From Thermoplasmata archaeon (GTDB taxonomy: Archaea; Thermoplasmatota; Thermoplasmata; Lutacidiplasmatales; UBA184): a stretch of DNA of 64,000 nt. Positions 9,704-18,578 of this stretch are shown piece after piece. The translations under genes were made by a program, and so were the position numbers. Numbering within the stretch: the first letter of the stretch is position 1; each line of letters starts with the position of its first letter. The notes under the pieces were generated by a model. The model made no database searches, had not been told where the DNA came from, and was given only the letters and a program-made list of their open reading frames with translations. Location of the stretch: NCBI GenBank assembly GCA_049591535.1, contig JBAWFC010000072.1, positions 4,054-68,053 of the forward strand, given 5' to 3'.

Positions 9704-10069
9704 GGCGATCCCCCGGACACCACCTCCGGTCCAGAACTCAACCAACTCTATCGGTCACACCACGGGAAGCGTCCCCGGGTTGCGGCCCCCACCAGGGTCC
9801 GGACCTGAGACCGGGCCTCAGGTGACCCACCGCCCGAAGGGCAGGATGCCGACGGTGGGAGTTAGGGCGGCTGCCGCCATGACTCCCCAAGCGTCGGCGG
9901 CCGGGCGTAGGCACGTCGACCCGCAAAGACGGGCACAGGAGCCGAGTCCGCCAACTGCCCTCCCCACGACTCACCGGCGACCGACACCCCGAGGGTGGGG
10001 GTCGTCGGGGTTGGATAGGTCGATAGACGTACCAGAGAATGAGACACCCCCGAAGGGGGGAAAGGGTTC

Positions 10070-10097
10070 CCGGCCGCCCTCGCGCGAGGGCGGCCGG
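10070..10097. terminator. Perfect 28-nt GC palindrome (14-bp arms) 29 nt downstream of the SBP stop codon
   Basis: The half ccggccgccctcgc is followed directly by its reverse complement gcgagggcggccgg. A second small hairpin, ccccc-gaa-ggggg, sits at about 10047..10059. On the minus strand short T runs follow. Confidence 0.35.
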
Positions 10098-10125
10098 TCC
10101 TAGCTCGAACTCCCGTTCGCCCAGC

Positions 10126-13100
10126 TTACCCCGGCAGCCCGTTCCCCGTGATCTGGTAGAACACGTCGTCGTCCCCGCCCGCGGAGGACGTGAGCTGAGT
10201 GTTCAGGCTGGACACGTGAATCCACGGCGCCACGTTCCACGCTCCGAGCGACTCATCCTGATAGGTGTACAGGGCCAGCGCGCGACCGATCTGGGAGATC
10301 ATCGCGTAGTACAGCGCCTGCAGCGTCGCGCTCGGAGTGTGCGTTGCCTCCTTGAACCCGAGCAGCATCGCCTGGTAGGCGAGGCCCTGGCACGCCTGGG
10401 GGATACCCGGGTTGTTCTGGGAGTAGGTCGCCCACGCGCCGAAGTCCGTCGCCCCCGGGCAGCCCGCCGCACCGCTCGACTGAGCGGGGAGGTTGGCCTG
10501 CTGCGAGACCGCGTCACCGAACGTGTAGGTCGAGTTCGCCTGCCAGAGCGGCGTGATGTAATCCGTGGGGTTCGGATAGTCGGGAGACCACCCGAGCGTG
10601 TAGACCGGCAGCGGGCTCTGGCCCGGAGAGCTGTAGAGCGACCCAATCACGATCGTGAAAAAGGTCGTGTCCACCAACAGCGCATTGATCGCACCGCCCG
10701 AGATCTTGTTGATCTGAGCGATCCACAACGCGTTCTGGATGTCTCCCGGCGGGTTCCCCGTCTGGCCGATGATCGGCAGAGTGCACGGCGTGCTCGGTGT
10801 GCAGTCCGTCGCGATCTCCGAGTCGTAGTACGGGTTGCCCGGGGTGATGGCCTCGTGCCACCAGAACCACGCGCTCGTGTTGACCGTGGGCGTCGGCGTG
10901 GCGCTCGGGTCCGTGTTCGGCCACGTCACGTTCGTCGGGTAGTACTGCATGCCCGGCGCGATCGCTCCACCGTAGTTCGCTCCCGCGACGACCCCGTCAA
11001 CATCGAGGATCGCCTTGTAGATCGACTCGTACGGGTATGCGGTCGAGAAGAACATCCGCATCGCCTCCGAGCTGAAGAAGTCGGTCGGCGCGGTGATCGT
11101 GGTCGGGGTCAACGCCTGGGCGGAGGCCAGGTTGAAGTCCCAGTCGAAGGGGTAGAAGAAGATCCCCAGGGTCGGGAACTGGGTGAACTGGACCTTCCCC
11201 TGCGATACCAGCTGCAGAAGCAGGCTGGTGTCGGTCGACGAGAACGAGGCTACCGCCGCCTGGCCCGCTTCGATCGCGGCGATACCCGCGTCCGGTCCGT
11301 TCTCCCAGTACTGGGTCACGCTGGGGACGTAGGCGGTGGTCGCGGGCTGGCAGGAGACCGAGCCGATGCAATCCGGGTTGGGCGCGTACCCGGGGTTCGC
11401 CGACAGGGTGTACTCCACGCCGTTGTCGAAGTAGGACATGTAGTACGGGCCGCTGCCCGCCATGATGTCCTGCGCGGCGACGCTTCCCGTCGGGAAGCCG
11501 AGCGCCCCTGAACCGGCGATCTGCGAGGCATCCCACATCGTGGGGTTCGCGAGCGCGTAGTTCATCCAAGCCTGGAAACCGGGGTCCTGTGACGAGGCGT
11601 TGAGGCTGCTCGAGTCACTGGGGAGGGTCACCGGGTGGTCACCGCCGTTCGCACACGAGATGTTCCAGTCGGGGAGCGGAGAGCCCTGGCAGCTCATCCA
11701 GCCGGCCGGGGTGATCGACGCGCCGAGGTTGTCGGTCATCAGCTGGTCGAGCGCGACCGGAGTCCACGCTTCGCCGAGCCCGTTCGCAACGATCGTCACG
11801 CAGCCGTGGTAGCCGGCCCCGTACGCTGCCGCCGGGCAGAAGTTGGAGTCGTTCACGAGCAGGTGCGAGAAGATCTGGTAGGGGGTGTTGTTCCCCGGTG
11901 CGTGGATTCCGGCACCGCCCGTGATGGACATCTGATCCCACGACGAGTTCCCGCTCGGTAGGAACGCCTGCGCCTCGATCCAGCCGTTGTTGCCGCCCCA
12001 CGACGGGATGACGGCGAACGAGGCGGTCCGGGCGAACGAGTAGACCACGTCCGTGGGGTAGACGCCCCACATGCCCTTGTTGACCGGATCGTAGAACTGC
12101 GACGCGCCGCTGAGCACGTAGGTGTAGTTGTAGCCGTCCGTCAGGTTCTCTCCGAAGAGGGTGGTGCACTGGGTCGAGCCGGGCACACAGGCGGCCGCCA
12201 TCGGAACGAAACTCGTGACCGAGGTGGTGTTGTACTGCACCAGGGTCTGGTACACATTCTCGAGGGGCTCATAGCCGACCGTCTCGTAGTCGATCGCCGG
12301 GTCGAGCGTGGTCGGACCGGATCCGCCCGTGTTGTCGTACGACACGATACGCGAGGCTTGGGTGGACGGTGCCGTGACGTAGGCGGGGGTCTTCGCCACT
12401 CCGCCGGAGCCCGCGATCACCGTGAACGTGTTGTTCTGGGACGCGGAGCCCGAGGAGCTGTTGGCGTTCGCGATGAACCCGACGGTGTAGGTTCCGGCGC
12501 TGCTGAAGAGGAACGTCCCCTGTCCGGTCGCCGTAGTGATCGTCTTCGAGGTGAGCGACGCGCCGCCGGAGGGCCCGGAGAGAATCGCCAGGCTCGGGGC
12601 GACCGCGGCGTACTGAGCGTTGATCGGGGTACCGGTGTACGTCCCGGTGATCGTCACGCTCCCGCCCAGGGCGACAACGCCCGTCGGGTTGCTCGTGCTC
12701 GAGCTGTTGGAGAGGATGCTGGCCGACACGGCCGGAACCAGCTGGGCCGCCGCGACGCCGTAGGTCGAGCGGACCTCCAGGTAGCCGATGTTCAGGTTGT
12801 TGTTGTGCGTGACGCCGTTGACGTCCGCCGTGACCTGAACGAGGTACGTTCCCGGAGACGCGTAGGAGTAGCTCGCGGTCGCCGCGCCCGCCGCGCCCGT
12901 GATGGTGTCCGTCGGGGAACCGTCACCAAAATTGAAAGTGAATTCAGACGCTGTTTCTCCCGTGGGGAGAGAGGCAGTGAAGGGAGTGCTCTGTCCGATC
13001 AGGGTGGATTGCACCGGGACCAACAGATTGATGTCCTCTGTCGCGGCGGAGGCAACGCACACCGGGCTGTTCGCGGGCGTACAGCTGGTGATGGTCGTCC

Positions 13101-13227
13101 CCTTCGTTCCACCGCTCAGGGAGAACGCCGCAACGGCTCCCCCAATCACGACGACGATGACCAGGATAATCGCTCCGACCATCGAAGACACGGCACGCCG
13201 ATTTCTCATGTCGCTCATTTGTTTCAT
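10126..13227 (-). CDS. ABC transporter substrate-binding protein (family 5, peptide type) with class III/type IV pilin-like signal peptide and N-terminal PKD/Ig-like domains
   Basis: N-terminus MKQMSDMRNRRAVSSMVGAIILVIVVVIGGAVAAFSL. PKD-like FNFGDGSPTD...YASPGTYLVQVTADVNG. The SBP_5 core starts near TTLDPAIDYETVGYEPLENVYQTLVQYN. Confidence 0.9.
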   Translation of the reverse strand: MKQMSDMRNRRAVSSMVGAIILVIVVVIGGAVAAFSLSGGTKGTTITSCTPANSPVCVASAATEDINLLVPVQSTLIGQSTPFTASLPTGETASEFTFNFGDGSPTDTITGAAGAATASYSYASPGTYLVQVTADVNGVTHNNNLNIGYLEVRSTYGVAAAQLVPAVSASILSNSSSTSNPTGVVALGGSVTITGTYTGTPINAQYAAVAPSLAILSGPSGGASLTSKTITTATGQGTFLFSSAGTYTVGFIANANSSSGSASQNNTFTVIAGSGGVAKTPAYVTAPSTQASRIVSYDNTGGSGPTTLDPAIDYETVGYEPLENVYQTLVQYNTTSVTSFVPMAAACVPGSTQCTTLFGENLTDGYNYTYVLSGASQFYDPVNKGMWGVYPTDVVYSFARTASFAVIPSWGGNNGWIEAQAFLPSGNSSWDQMSITGGAGIHAPGNNTPYQIFSHLLVNDSNFCPAAAYGAGYHGCVTIVANGLGEAWTPVALDQLMTDNLGASITPAGWMSCQGSPLPDWNISCANGGDHPVTLPSDSSSLNASSQDPGFQAWMNYALANPTMWDASQIAGSGALGFPTGSVAAQDIMAGSGPYYMSYFDNGVEYTLSANPGYAPNPDCIGSVSCQPATTAYVPSVTQYWENGPDAGIAAIEAGQAAVASFSSTDTSLLLQLVSQGKVQFTQFPTLGIFFYPFDWDFNLASAQALTPTTITAPTDFFSSEAMRMFFSTAYPYESIYKAILDVDGVVAGANYGGAIAPGMQYYPTNVTWPNTDPSATPTPTVNTSAWFWWHEAITPGNPYYDSEIATDCTPSTPCTLPIIGQTGNPPGDIQNALWIAQINKISGGAINALLVDTTFFTIVIGSLYSSPGQSPLPVYTLGWSPDYPNPTDYITPLWQANSTYTFGDAVSQQANLPAQSSGAAGCPGATDFGAWATYSQNNPGIPQACQGLAYQAMLLGFKEATHTPSATLQALYYAMISQIGRALALYTYQDESLGAWNVAPWIHVSSLNTQLTSSAGGDDDVFYQITGNGLPG

Positions 13228-13276
13228 CCGGTGGTTCCAGCGGCTCTGGAGCCTACCGAAAGCGAAGTGGGAGTGG

Positions 13277-13284
13277 TATAAATA
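13277..13284 (-). promoter_or_regulatory. Candidate TATA box (TATTTATA on the minus strand) about 50 nt upstream of the SBP start codon
   Basis: The sequence ggtataaatacc is the only AT-rich octamer in the 250-bp divergent spacer between the SBP gene and rpe. Confidence 0.4.
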
Positions 13285-13478
13285 CCCTTTATCAAGGGCC
13301 GGGTCTCGAGTTTACCCACGACCTGGGGGCGGCCGACCCGCACGGCGTGGTAGCCGCCCGGCGGGGTCTCTCCGACCTCGTGCTCGAGACCCACCCGCGC
13401 ACGTTGCGTCCCAGAGTGCCGTTTCTGGTGCCGGCGCCGGCGCTCGCATTAAATCCTGAGCCCCCGTGAGCACCCGCG

Positions 13479-14168
13479 ATGGTCGGCCGTCGGCGCCTCC
13501 GGTGGGCCCCCTCGCTGCTCAGCGCAAACTTCGGGCGGCTGGACGAGCAGGTCCTCGCCGCGGAGCAGGCGGGCGCCGACGCCCTCCATCTGGACATCAT
13601 GGACGGCCACTTCGTTCCGAACATCTCGTTCGGTCCCGCGATCGTTCGGGCCGTCCGTGCGCGTACCGCCCTCCCGCTCGACATCCACCTGATGATCAGC
13701 CGCCCCGACCAGTACGCCGCGGTCTTTGCCCGCGCGGGGGGCACCACCCTGGTCTTCCACCGGGAATCAGCGGCCGAGCCCGGGGCGATGATCCGCCAGA
13801 TCCGCGAACTCGGGCTGGAGGCCGGGCTCGCGCTCCGTCCGTCGACCCCGCTCGAGGCGGTCGCCCCGTGGCTCGCTACGGTGGACCAACTGCTGGTCAT
13901 GAGCGTCGAGCCCGGATTCTCCGGACAGACGTTCCTCCCCGCGACCCCGGCGAAACTTGCCGACGCACGCGAGAGGCTCGATCGTCTCGACTCCGGCGCC
14001 GACCTCTCGGTGGACGGGGGGGTCACGACGGCCACCGCCCCCCTCGCCGCCTCGGCCGGCGCCACTTTCCTCGTATGCGGAGACAGCGTGTTCGCACACG
14101 GAGAGGTGGCCGCGAACCTAAAGGCGCTCCGGGCTTCGATCACGAACGCTCCCCATGCTGTTCGCTGA
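13479..14168 (+). CDS. rpe: Ribulose-phosphate 3-epimerase
   Basis: SLLSANFGRLDEQVLAAEQAGADALHLDIMDGHFVPNISFGP; VMSVEPGFSGQTF; DGGV. Confidence 0.93.
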   Translation: MVGRRRLRWAPSLLSANFGRLDEQVLAAEQAGADALHLDIMDGHFVPNISFGPAIVRAVRARTALPLDIHLMISRPDQYAAVFARAGGTTLVFHRESAAEPGAMIRQIRELGLEAGLALRPSTPLEAVAPWLATVDQLLVMSVEPGFSGQTFLPATPAKLADARERLDRLDSGADLSVDGGVTTATAPLAASAGATFLVCGDSVFAHGEVAANLKALRASITNAPHAVR

Positions 14169-15951
14169 GCTCGTTCGGACCTACGAGGAACTTCAGCGGA
14201 CCTCCCGACGCACGGAGAGCCGTGAGCATCTGGCCGCCCTCCTGCGCTCCGTACCCCCCGGCGAGATCGCCTCCGTCGTGTACCTCACGCAGGGGACGGT
14301 ACGCCCGGCCTACGAAGGGGTCGAGCTGGGGGTCGCCGGGTCCCTGGCCCGTCGGGCGGTCGCCCTTGCCACCGGAGCCGACGAGACGACGGTCGGCGCC
14401 CGGCTTCGAGAGCTCGGGGACCTCGGTTCGACCGTCCAGGAGCTGCTCGCGAGCGGGTCGCCTCCGGCACCGTCCGTACCCCTCTCCGTCCGGGACGTCC
14501 ACGGCGGTCTGCTTGCGATCGCCCGTCTCTCCGGCGTGGGCTCGCAGGAACGCAAGGTCTCGGCGGTGCTGGAACTCCTCGCCCGGTCGACGCCCACCGA
14601 GGCGAAGTACGTCATCCGGTTCGTCCTGGACGAGCTCCGACTGGGCGTCCGGGACCAGACGATCCTCGACGCCCTGAACTTCGCGTTCGCCGCGGGCGAC
14701 AAGGACTCGCGCAAGCGGATCGAGGGGGCGTACAACCTCTCGAGCGACCTCGGCGACGTCGCCGAGCGGCTGGCCGAGCACGGCGTCCCCGGCCTCGACG
14801 CGATCGTCATCTCGGCCGGTCGACCGATCCGCCCGATGCTCGCGGAGCGGGAACCGTCGCTCGAGGCGGTCCTGAAGCGGATGGACGGACGAGCCGCCTT
14901 GGAGTACAAGTACGATGGGCTCAGAGTCCAGGCGCACCTCGCGTCCGACGGGTCCGTCCGGCTGTTCTCCCGGAGGCTCGAGGAGATCGGCGCGCAGTTC
15001 CCCGATGTCGTCGCATCCCTCCCGGCGTCGGTGGCAGAGCGCCCCACGATCGTCGAGGGCGAGTGCGTCTCCATCGACCCCGATACCGACGAGATCCGGC
15101 CGTTCCAGGAGGTCTCCCGGCGGCGCGGACGCAAGCACAACCTCGAGCAGGCCCAGAAGGAGGTCCCGGTTTGCCTCTTCCTGTTCGACGTACTGCTCGC
15201 CGGGGGAACCCCGGTCTTCGAGCGGAGCTTCCCCGAACGGCGGGAGATCCTCGAGCGGATCGTCCGGCCGAGCTCCGGCGTACGCCTCGCGGTCCAACGG
15301 GTCGTCGACTCCGTCCCCGACGCCCAGGCGTTCTTCGACGAGGGCGTGGAGAGCGGGGCCGAGGGGATCATGGCGAAGTCGCTCTCTCCCGACAGCGCGT
15401 ACCGAGCGGGCGCCCGGGGGTTCTGGTGGATCAAGTACAAGCGGGAGTACGCGACCGGGCTCGACGACTCCATCGACGGGGTGGTCGTGGGCGGGTTCCA
15501 CGGCCGGGGACGGCGGGCGGGCCGGTTCGGTGCGTACCTCCTGGCCGCATACGACCCCCAGCGGGACCGGTTCGAGACGTTCACGAAGGTCGGTACGGGT
15601 TTTGACGACGAAGCGCTCGCCGAAATGGCGCGGCGGACGGAACCGCTCGTGGTGCCCGATAAACCGGACAGCGTCGATACCGGGCTCACGGCCGATACCT
15701 GGTTCCGGCCCTCCCTGGTCCTCGAGGTCCGGGGAGCCGAGCTCTCCCTGAGCCCGACCCATCGGGCCGGCGAAGGACGCATCCGACCCGGGGTCGGCTT
15801 CGCGCTCCGGTTCCCCCGGTTCACCGGCCGCTACCGGGACGACAAGGGCGCCTCGGAAGCCACGACCGTCGATGAGCTCGTCACGATGTACCGTGCGCAG
15901 GTGCGCCGGGTCGACGAAGAAGAGCCGAAATCCGGCGTCTCCGATGGCTGA
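14155..15951 (+). CDS. lig: ATP-dependent DNA ligase
   Basis: 598 aa. Adenylation motif I EYKYDGLRVQAH. Also EGIMAKS and WIKYKREY. Overlaps the rpe end by 14 nt. Confidence 0.95.
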   Translation: MLFAELVRTYEELQRTSRRTESREHLAALLRSVPPGEIASVVYLTQGTVRPAYEGVELGVAGSLARRAVALATGADETTVGARLRELGDLGSTVQELLASGSPPAPSVPLSVRDVHGGLLAIARLSGVGSQERKVSAVLELLARSTPTEAKYVIRFVLDELRLGVRDQTILDALNFAFAAGDKDSRKRIEGAYNLSSDLGDVAERLAEHGVPGLDAIVISAGRPIRPMLAEREPSLEAVLKRMDGRAALEYKYDGLRVQAHLASDGSVRLFSRRLEEIGAQFPDVVASLPASVAERPTIVEGECVSIDPDTDEIRPFQEVSRRRGRKHNLEQAQKEVPVCLFLFDVLLAGGTPVFERSFPERREILERIVRPSSGVRLAVQRVVDSVPDAQAFFDEGVESGAEGIMAKSLSPDSAYRAGARGFWWIKYKREYATGLDDSIDGVVVGGFHGRGRRAGRFGAYLLAAYDPQRDRFETFTKVGTGFDDEALAEMARRTEPLVVPDKPDSVDTGLTADTWFRPSLVLEVRGAELSLSPTHRAGEGRIRPGVGFALRFPRFTGRYRDDKGASEATTVDELVTMYRAQVRRVDEEEPKSGVSDG

Positions 15952-16063
15952 CGCGAGGCGAAGGTATCTCGGGCACCGGACCCGCGGGACCGGGCAGAGG
16001 AACTACGCAACGGGGCGTCCCCGTAGGATAGTGAAAACCCCGGCTTTGGTCCGGAGGAAGGGG

Positions 16064-16081
16064 TTCGTGCGGGCCCCGGCA
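16064..16081 (-). terminator. Hairpin (ccccggc-aggc-gccgggg) followed on the minus strand by a T4 run (16034..16037), downstream of the surface-protein stop
   Basis: Read directly from the sequence. Archaeal termination normally uses oligo-T, so this is tentative. Confidence 0.3.
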
Positions 16082-16093
16082 GGCGCCGGGGTC

Positions 16094-18091
16094 TCAGTTC
16101 ATCCCGTGCTCGGCCTTCGCGTGCGCCTGGAGTTCCTCCGCCGAGGGGAAGCTCTGTCCGCACACACTGCAGGTGTTGGCACCCGGGGTGGTCGTCTTCG
16201 AGTCGCCGCTCCACGCCTGGGGGGCCGCCTGGGGAGCCTTCGACCGCTGGACCGACGCCGCGACCAACAGGGCCACGATCATGCCGATGATCAACCCGAC
16301 GACCAAGAGGATCGTGCCCGCTACTTGCGGGGAGAGCCCTCCGAATGCGGTCTGGTTGTAGTACGTCGTGGTGGTCTTGGTCACGCCGGTATTCACGATG
16401 GTCAGGCTACTGTTGACGTACGTCGGGGCGCCGTAGGCGTTGACCACCTGGATCGAGGTGGTGTAGGCTCCGGCCGCTGCGGGCGACCAAGTAACGGGCT
16501 GGTACTGGCCCGGCCACGCCGGCGCCGCCAGAAGCACCGAGTTCAGGACGATCGTAGTCCCGAGCAGGACCTGGAGCTTCACGCTCGAGATGAACTGGCC
16601 GGTCGCACTGACCACGAAGGTCACATTCCCGAGTCCCAGCGTCGTCGACCCCGGAGAGAGGAGGGTGGCGTTCGTTGCCTCTCCCGGAACTCCGGTGAGC
16701 AGCAAGTTGGTCGAGACGGTCGATGCCGCCGTGGAGTTGGTCGAGTCCAGCGGTGCGAACGTACCCGTCACGTTGACGTAGGCCGTGAAGCCGATCGTGT
16801 CGGCCGCGAGGTTGCACGCCGTGTTGTTGAGCGACCCCGACAGCGTGGTCTGGTTGACGCCGAACGAGTAGCTGCTCTGGCCATTGACGACCGGGACCGA
16901 GAACCAGCCGCAGGCGGCGCCCGCCGTGATGTCGACCACATTGACCGCGAGACTGGTGGTGGCCGTGCTGACCGGCACGGTGAACCCGGCATCGCTGGTG
17001 GCCGTCTTCCCGAGGCTGATGTTGAGGCTCAGCGAGAAGGGAATGCTCGAGTAGATCGACGGAGGCGCGCTCGTGTAGTAGATCGAGGCCGTCGTGACGT
17101 TCGTCGCGAACACGGCCGAAACTGCTGAGCTGTCCGCGGCCGCCGTTCCGCCCTCCGTGGTGCCGTCCTCTTCGATGTAGAACGTCAGGGCCGAAACTTG
17201 GTAGGGGATCGCGAAGCCGCCGACCGTTACGCTCCAAGTGTAGGCCCAGTACCCCGTGCCGTTCGCGGTGTCATTGGACGTTGTGACGTCCGCCGCGACC
17301 ACCGTGTTGTTGAGGCTCCAGGTCTGGAGGGTCGAACCGCTGAGAGTGTCCACCAGGGTGAACCAGGCGCTCGTGGTCGCGTTGGTGATGTTCCCCTGGG
17401 CGATGGTCGTGGTGACGACCGCGTCGTAGGGAGTCGGCACGAACAGCGGAAGCGCCGCCTCCGAGATCGCGATCGAGGTCGTGTGGGGGAGCACGGTGAT
17501 GCTGAACGAGGTCACGCTCGTGACGGTCGTGCCTCCGAACGAGGCGCCGTTCTCCACCACGTAAACGGTGATGTTCAGCACGTTGCCCGGCGCGTAGAGG
17601 GTGCCGCACCACGGGTCTGCCCCGCAGGTGTAGGCGCCTTGGTTCACCGTGAAGCCGCTCACGTTGGTCAGGCCCCAGGTGAAGGTCTGGTAGGTGTACC
17701 CGGTGAGTTGGTCGGTCACGTTCGCGACCGGGCCGGGAACGGTGCCATTGAAGCTCAGAACCGAAGTAAGCTCGCTCGAGTTCGTGTTCTCCACCGTCAA
17801 CCACATCGACGTCGTCGAGTTGTTCGTGTCCCCGTTAGTGATCGTCGTGGTGACCTGCAAGGGGAACGGCACCGACACGTCCGTCGTGGGTGTGGCAAGT
17901 GAGGTGGCTACGCTCGTCGGAAGCGTCCCGTCCGCGTGGAGGGCTGCCGCGCCGGAGGCCGATCCCACGCCGCCCGAAGACGAGGCCGGCGCAAGCGTCA
18001 GCGCCGGGGCGATGGCCAGCCCAATGACGACCATCACGGTCAACAGTCCCAGTCCAACCATCCACGAAAAACGTCCAGTCTCCCGGAGCAT
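16094..18091 (-). CDS. Surface glycoprotein-like protein: signal peptide, repeated Thr/Ser/Asn-rich Ig-like modules, C-terminal TM anchor, cytoplasmic C2H2 zinc-finger tail
   Basis: N-terminus MLRETGRFSWMVGLGLLTVMVVIGLAIAPALTLAPA. I count about 22 N-X-S/T sequons. TM helix VAGTILLVVGLIIGMIVALLVAASV. Tail CSVCGQSFPSAEELQAHAKAEH fits C-X2-C-X12-H-X4-H. Confidence 0.75.
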   Translation of the reverse strand: MLRETGRFSWMVGLGLLTVMVVIGLAIAPALTLAPASSSGGVGSASGAAALHADGTLPTSVATSLATPTTDVSVPFPLQVTTTITNGDTNNSTTSMWLTVENTNSSELTSVLSFNGTVPGPVANVTDQLTGYTYQTFTWGLTNVSGFTVNQGAYTCGADPWCGTLYAPGNVLNITVYVVENGASFGGTTVTSVTSFSITVLPHTTSIAISEAALPLFVPTPYDAVVTTTIAQGNITNATTSAWFTLVDTLSGSTLQTWSLNNTVVAADVTTSNDTANGTGYWAYTWSVTVGGFAIPYQVSALTFYIEEDGTTEGGTAAADSSAVSAVFATNVTTASIYYTSAPPSIYSSIPFSLSLNISLGKTATSDAGFTVPVSTATTSLAVNVVDITAGAACGWFSVPVVNGQSSYSFGVNQTTLSGSLNNTACNLAADTIGFTAYVNVTGTFAPLDSTNSTAASTVSTNLLLTGVPGEATNATLLSPGSTTLGLGNVTFVVSATGQFISSVKLQVLLGTTIVLNSVLLAAPAWPGQYQPVTWSPAAAGAYTTSIQVVNAYGAPTYVNSSLTIVNTGVTKTTTTYYNQTAFGGLSPQVAGTILLVVGLIIGMIVALLVAASVQRSKAPQAAPQAWSGDSKTTTPGANTCSVCGQSFPSAEELQAHAKAEHGMN

Positions 18092-18111
18092 GAGCGTCCC
18101 GGAGGCCTTGC

Positions 18112-18124
18112 AATACTTAAATTC
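18112..18124 (-). promoter_or_regulatory. Candidate TATA box (GAATTTAAGTATT on the minus strand) 21-33 nt upstream of the surface-protein ATG; implies a leaderless or near-leaderless mRNA
   Basis: AT-rich island aatacttaaattc immediately upstream of start 18091. Confidence 0.35.
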
Positions 18125-18578
18125 TCTCTAACCGCCCAATCCGAACCGCTCCCGACGTTCTCCGCACTCGAGCCGAGGGTGGAGGGCGGCGCAACCTCAT
18201 CTTTTCGGGTCCCGCCGGTCCTCCGTTCGGTCGCCGCGCATCGGCACCTTTGGCGTTGTCCGCTGCACCATCCGGCGCATTTCGCCCGCCGGCACGCTAC
18301 CGAATCGTGGATACGAAAGAATGAGGGGGCGCGCCGCAGTCGGGTCGACGGAGGCGCGTCCGTTTCGCTCCCGCCGCAGTCACCGGCCGCCCCGGAGGAC
18401 GTTGGGGGGAGTTTACTGCGACGCGGGGCGCACGTGAAGCACGCCGGTTTCCGCAGAAACGCACTCCGGGGGCGACCCCTCCGGGCTGTACCCACAACAG
18501 AAACCCACAACCTGAGCTGCCGTTCCGCCCAAAGGCATATGAGGCCCCCGCCCCGTCGCGAGCTACCGGTAGCAGGCC

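Noticed and set aside
9700-10069. SRP (7S) RNA or RNase P RNA hidden in the ORF-free gaps (also 18135..18530)
   Set aside because: I looked for the helix-8 GGAA-tetraloop/AGCA motif, the Alu-domain UGUAAY loop, and RNase P CR-I/CR-V (GGAAAGUCC, ACAGAA..GGCUUA). Only partial chance resemblances were present (ggtccgga, acagaaaccc), so this cannot be called without a covariance-model search.
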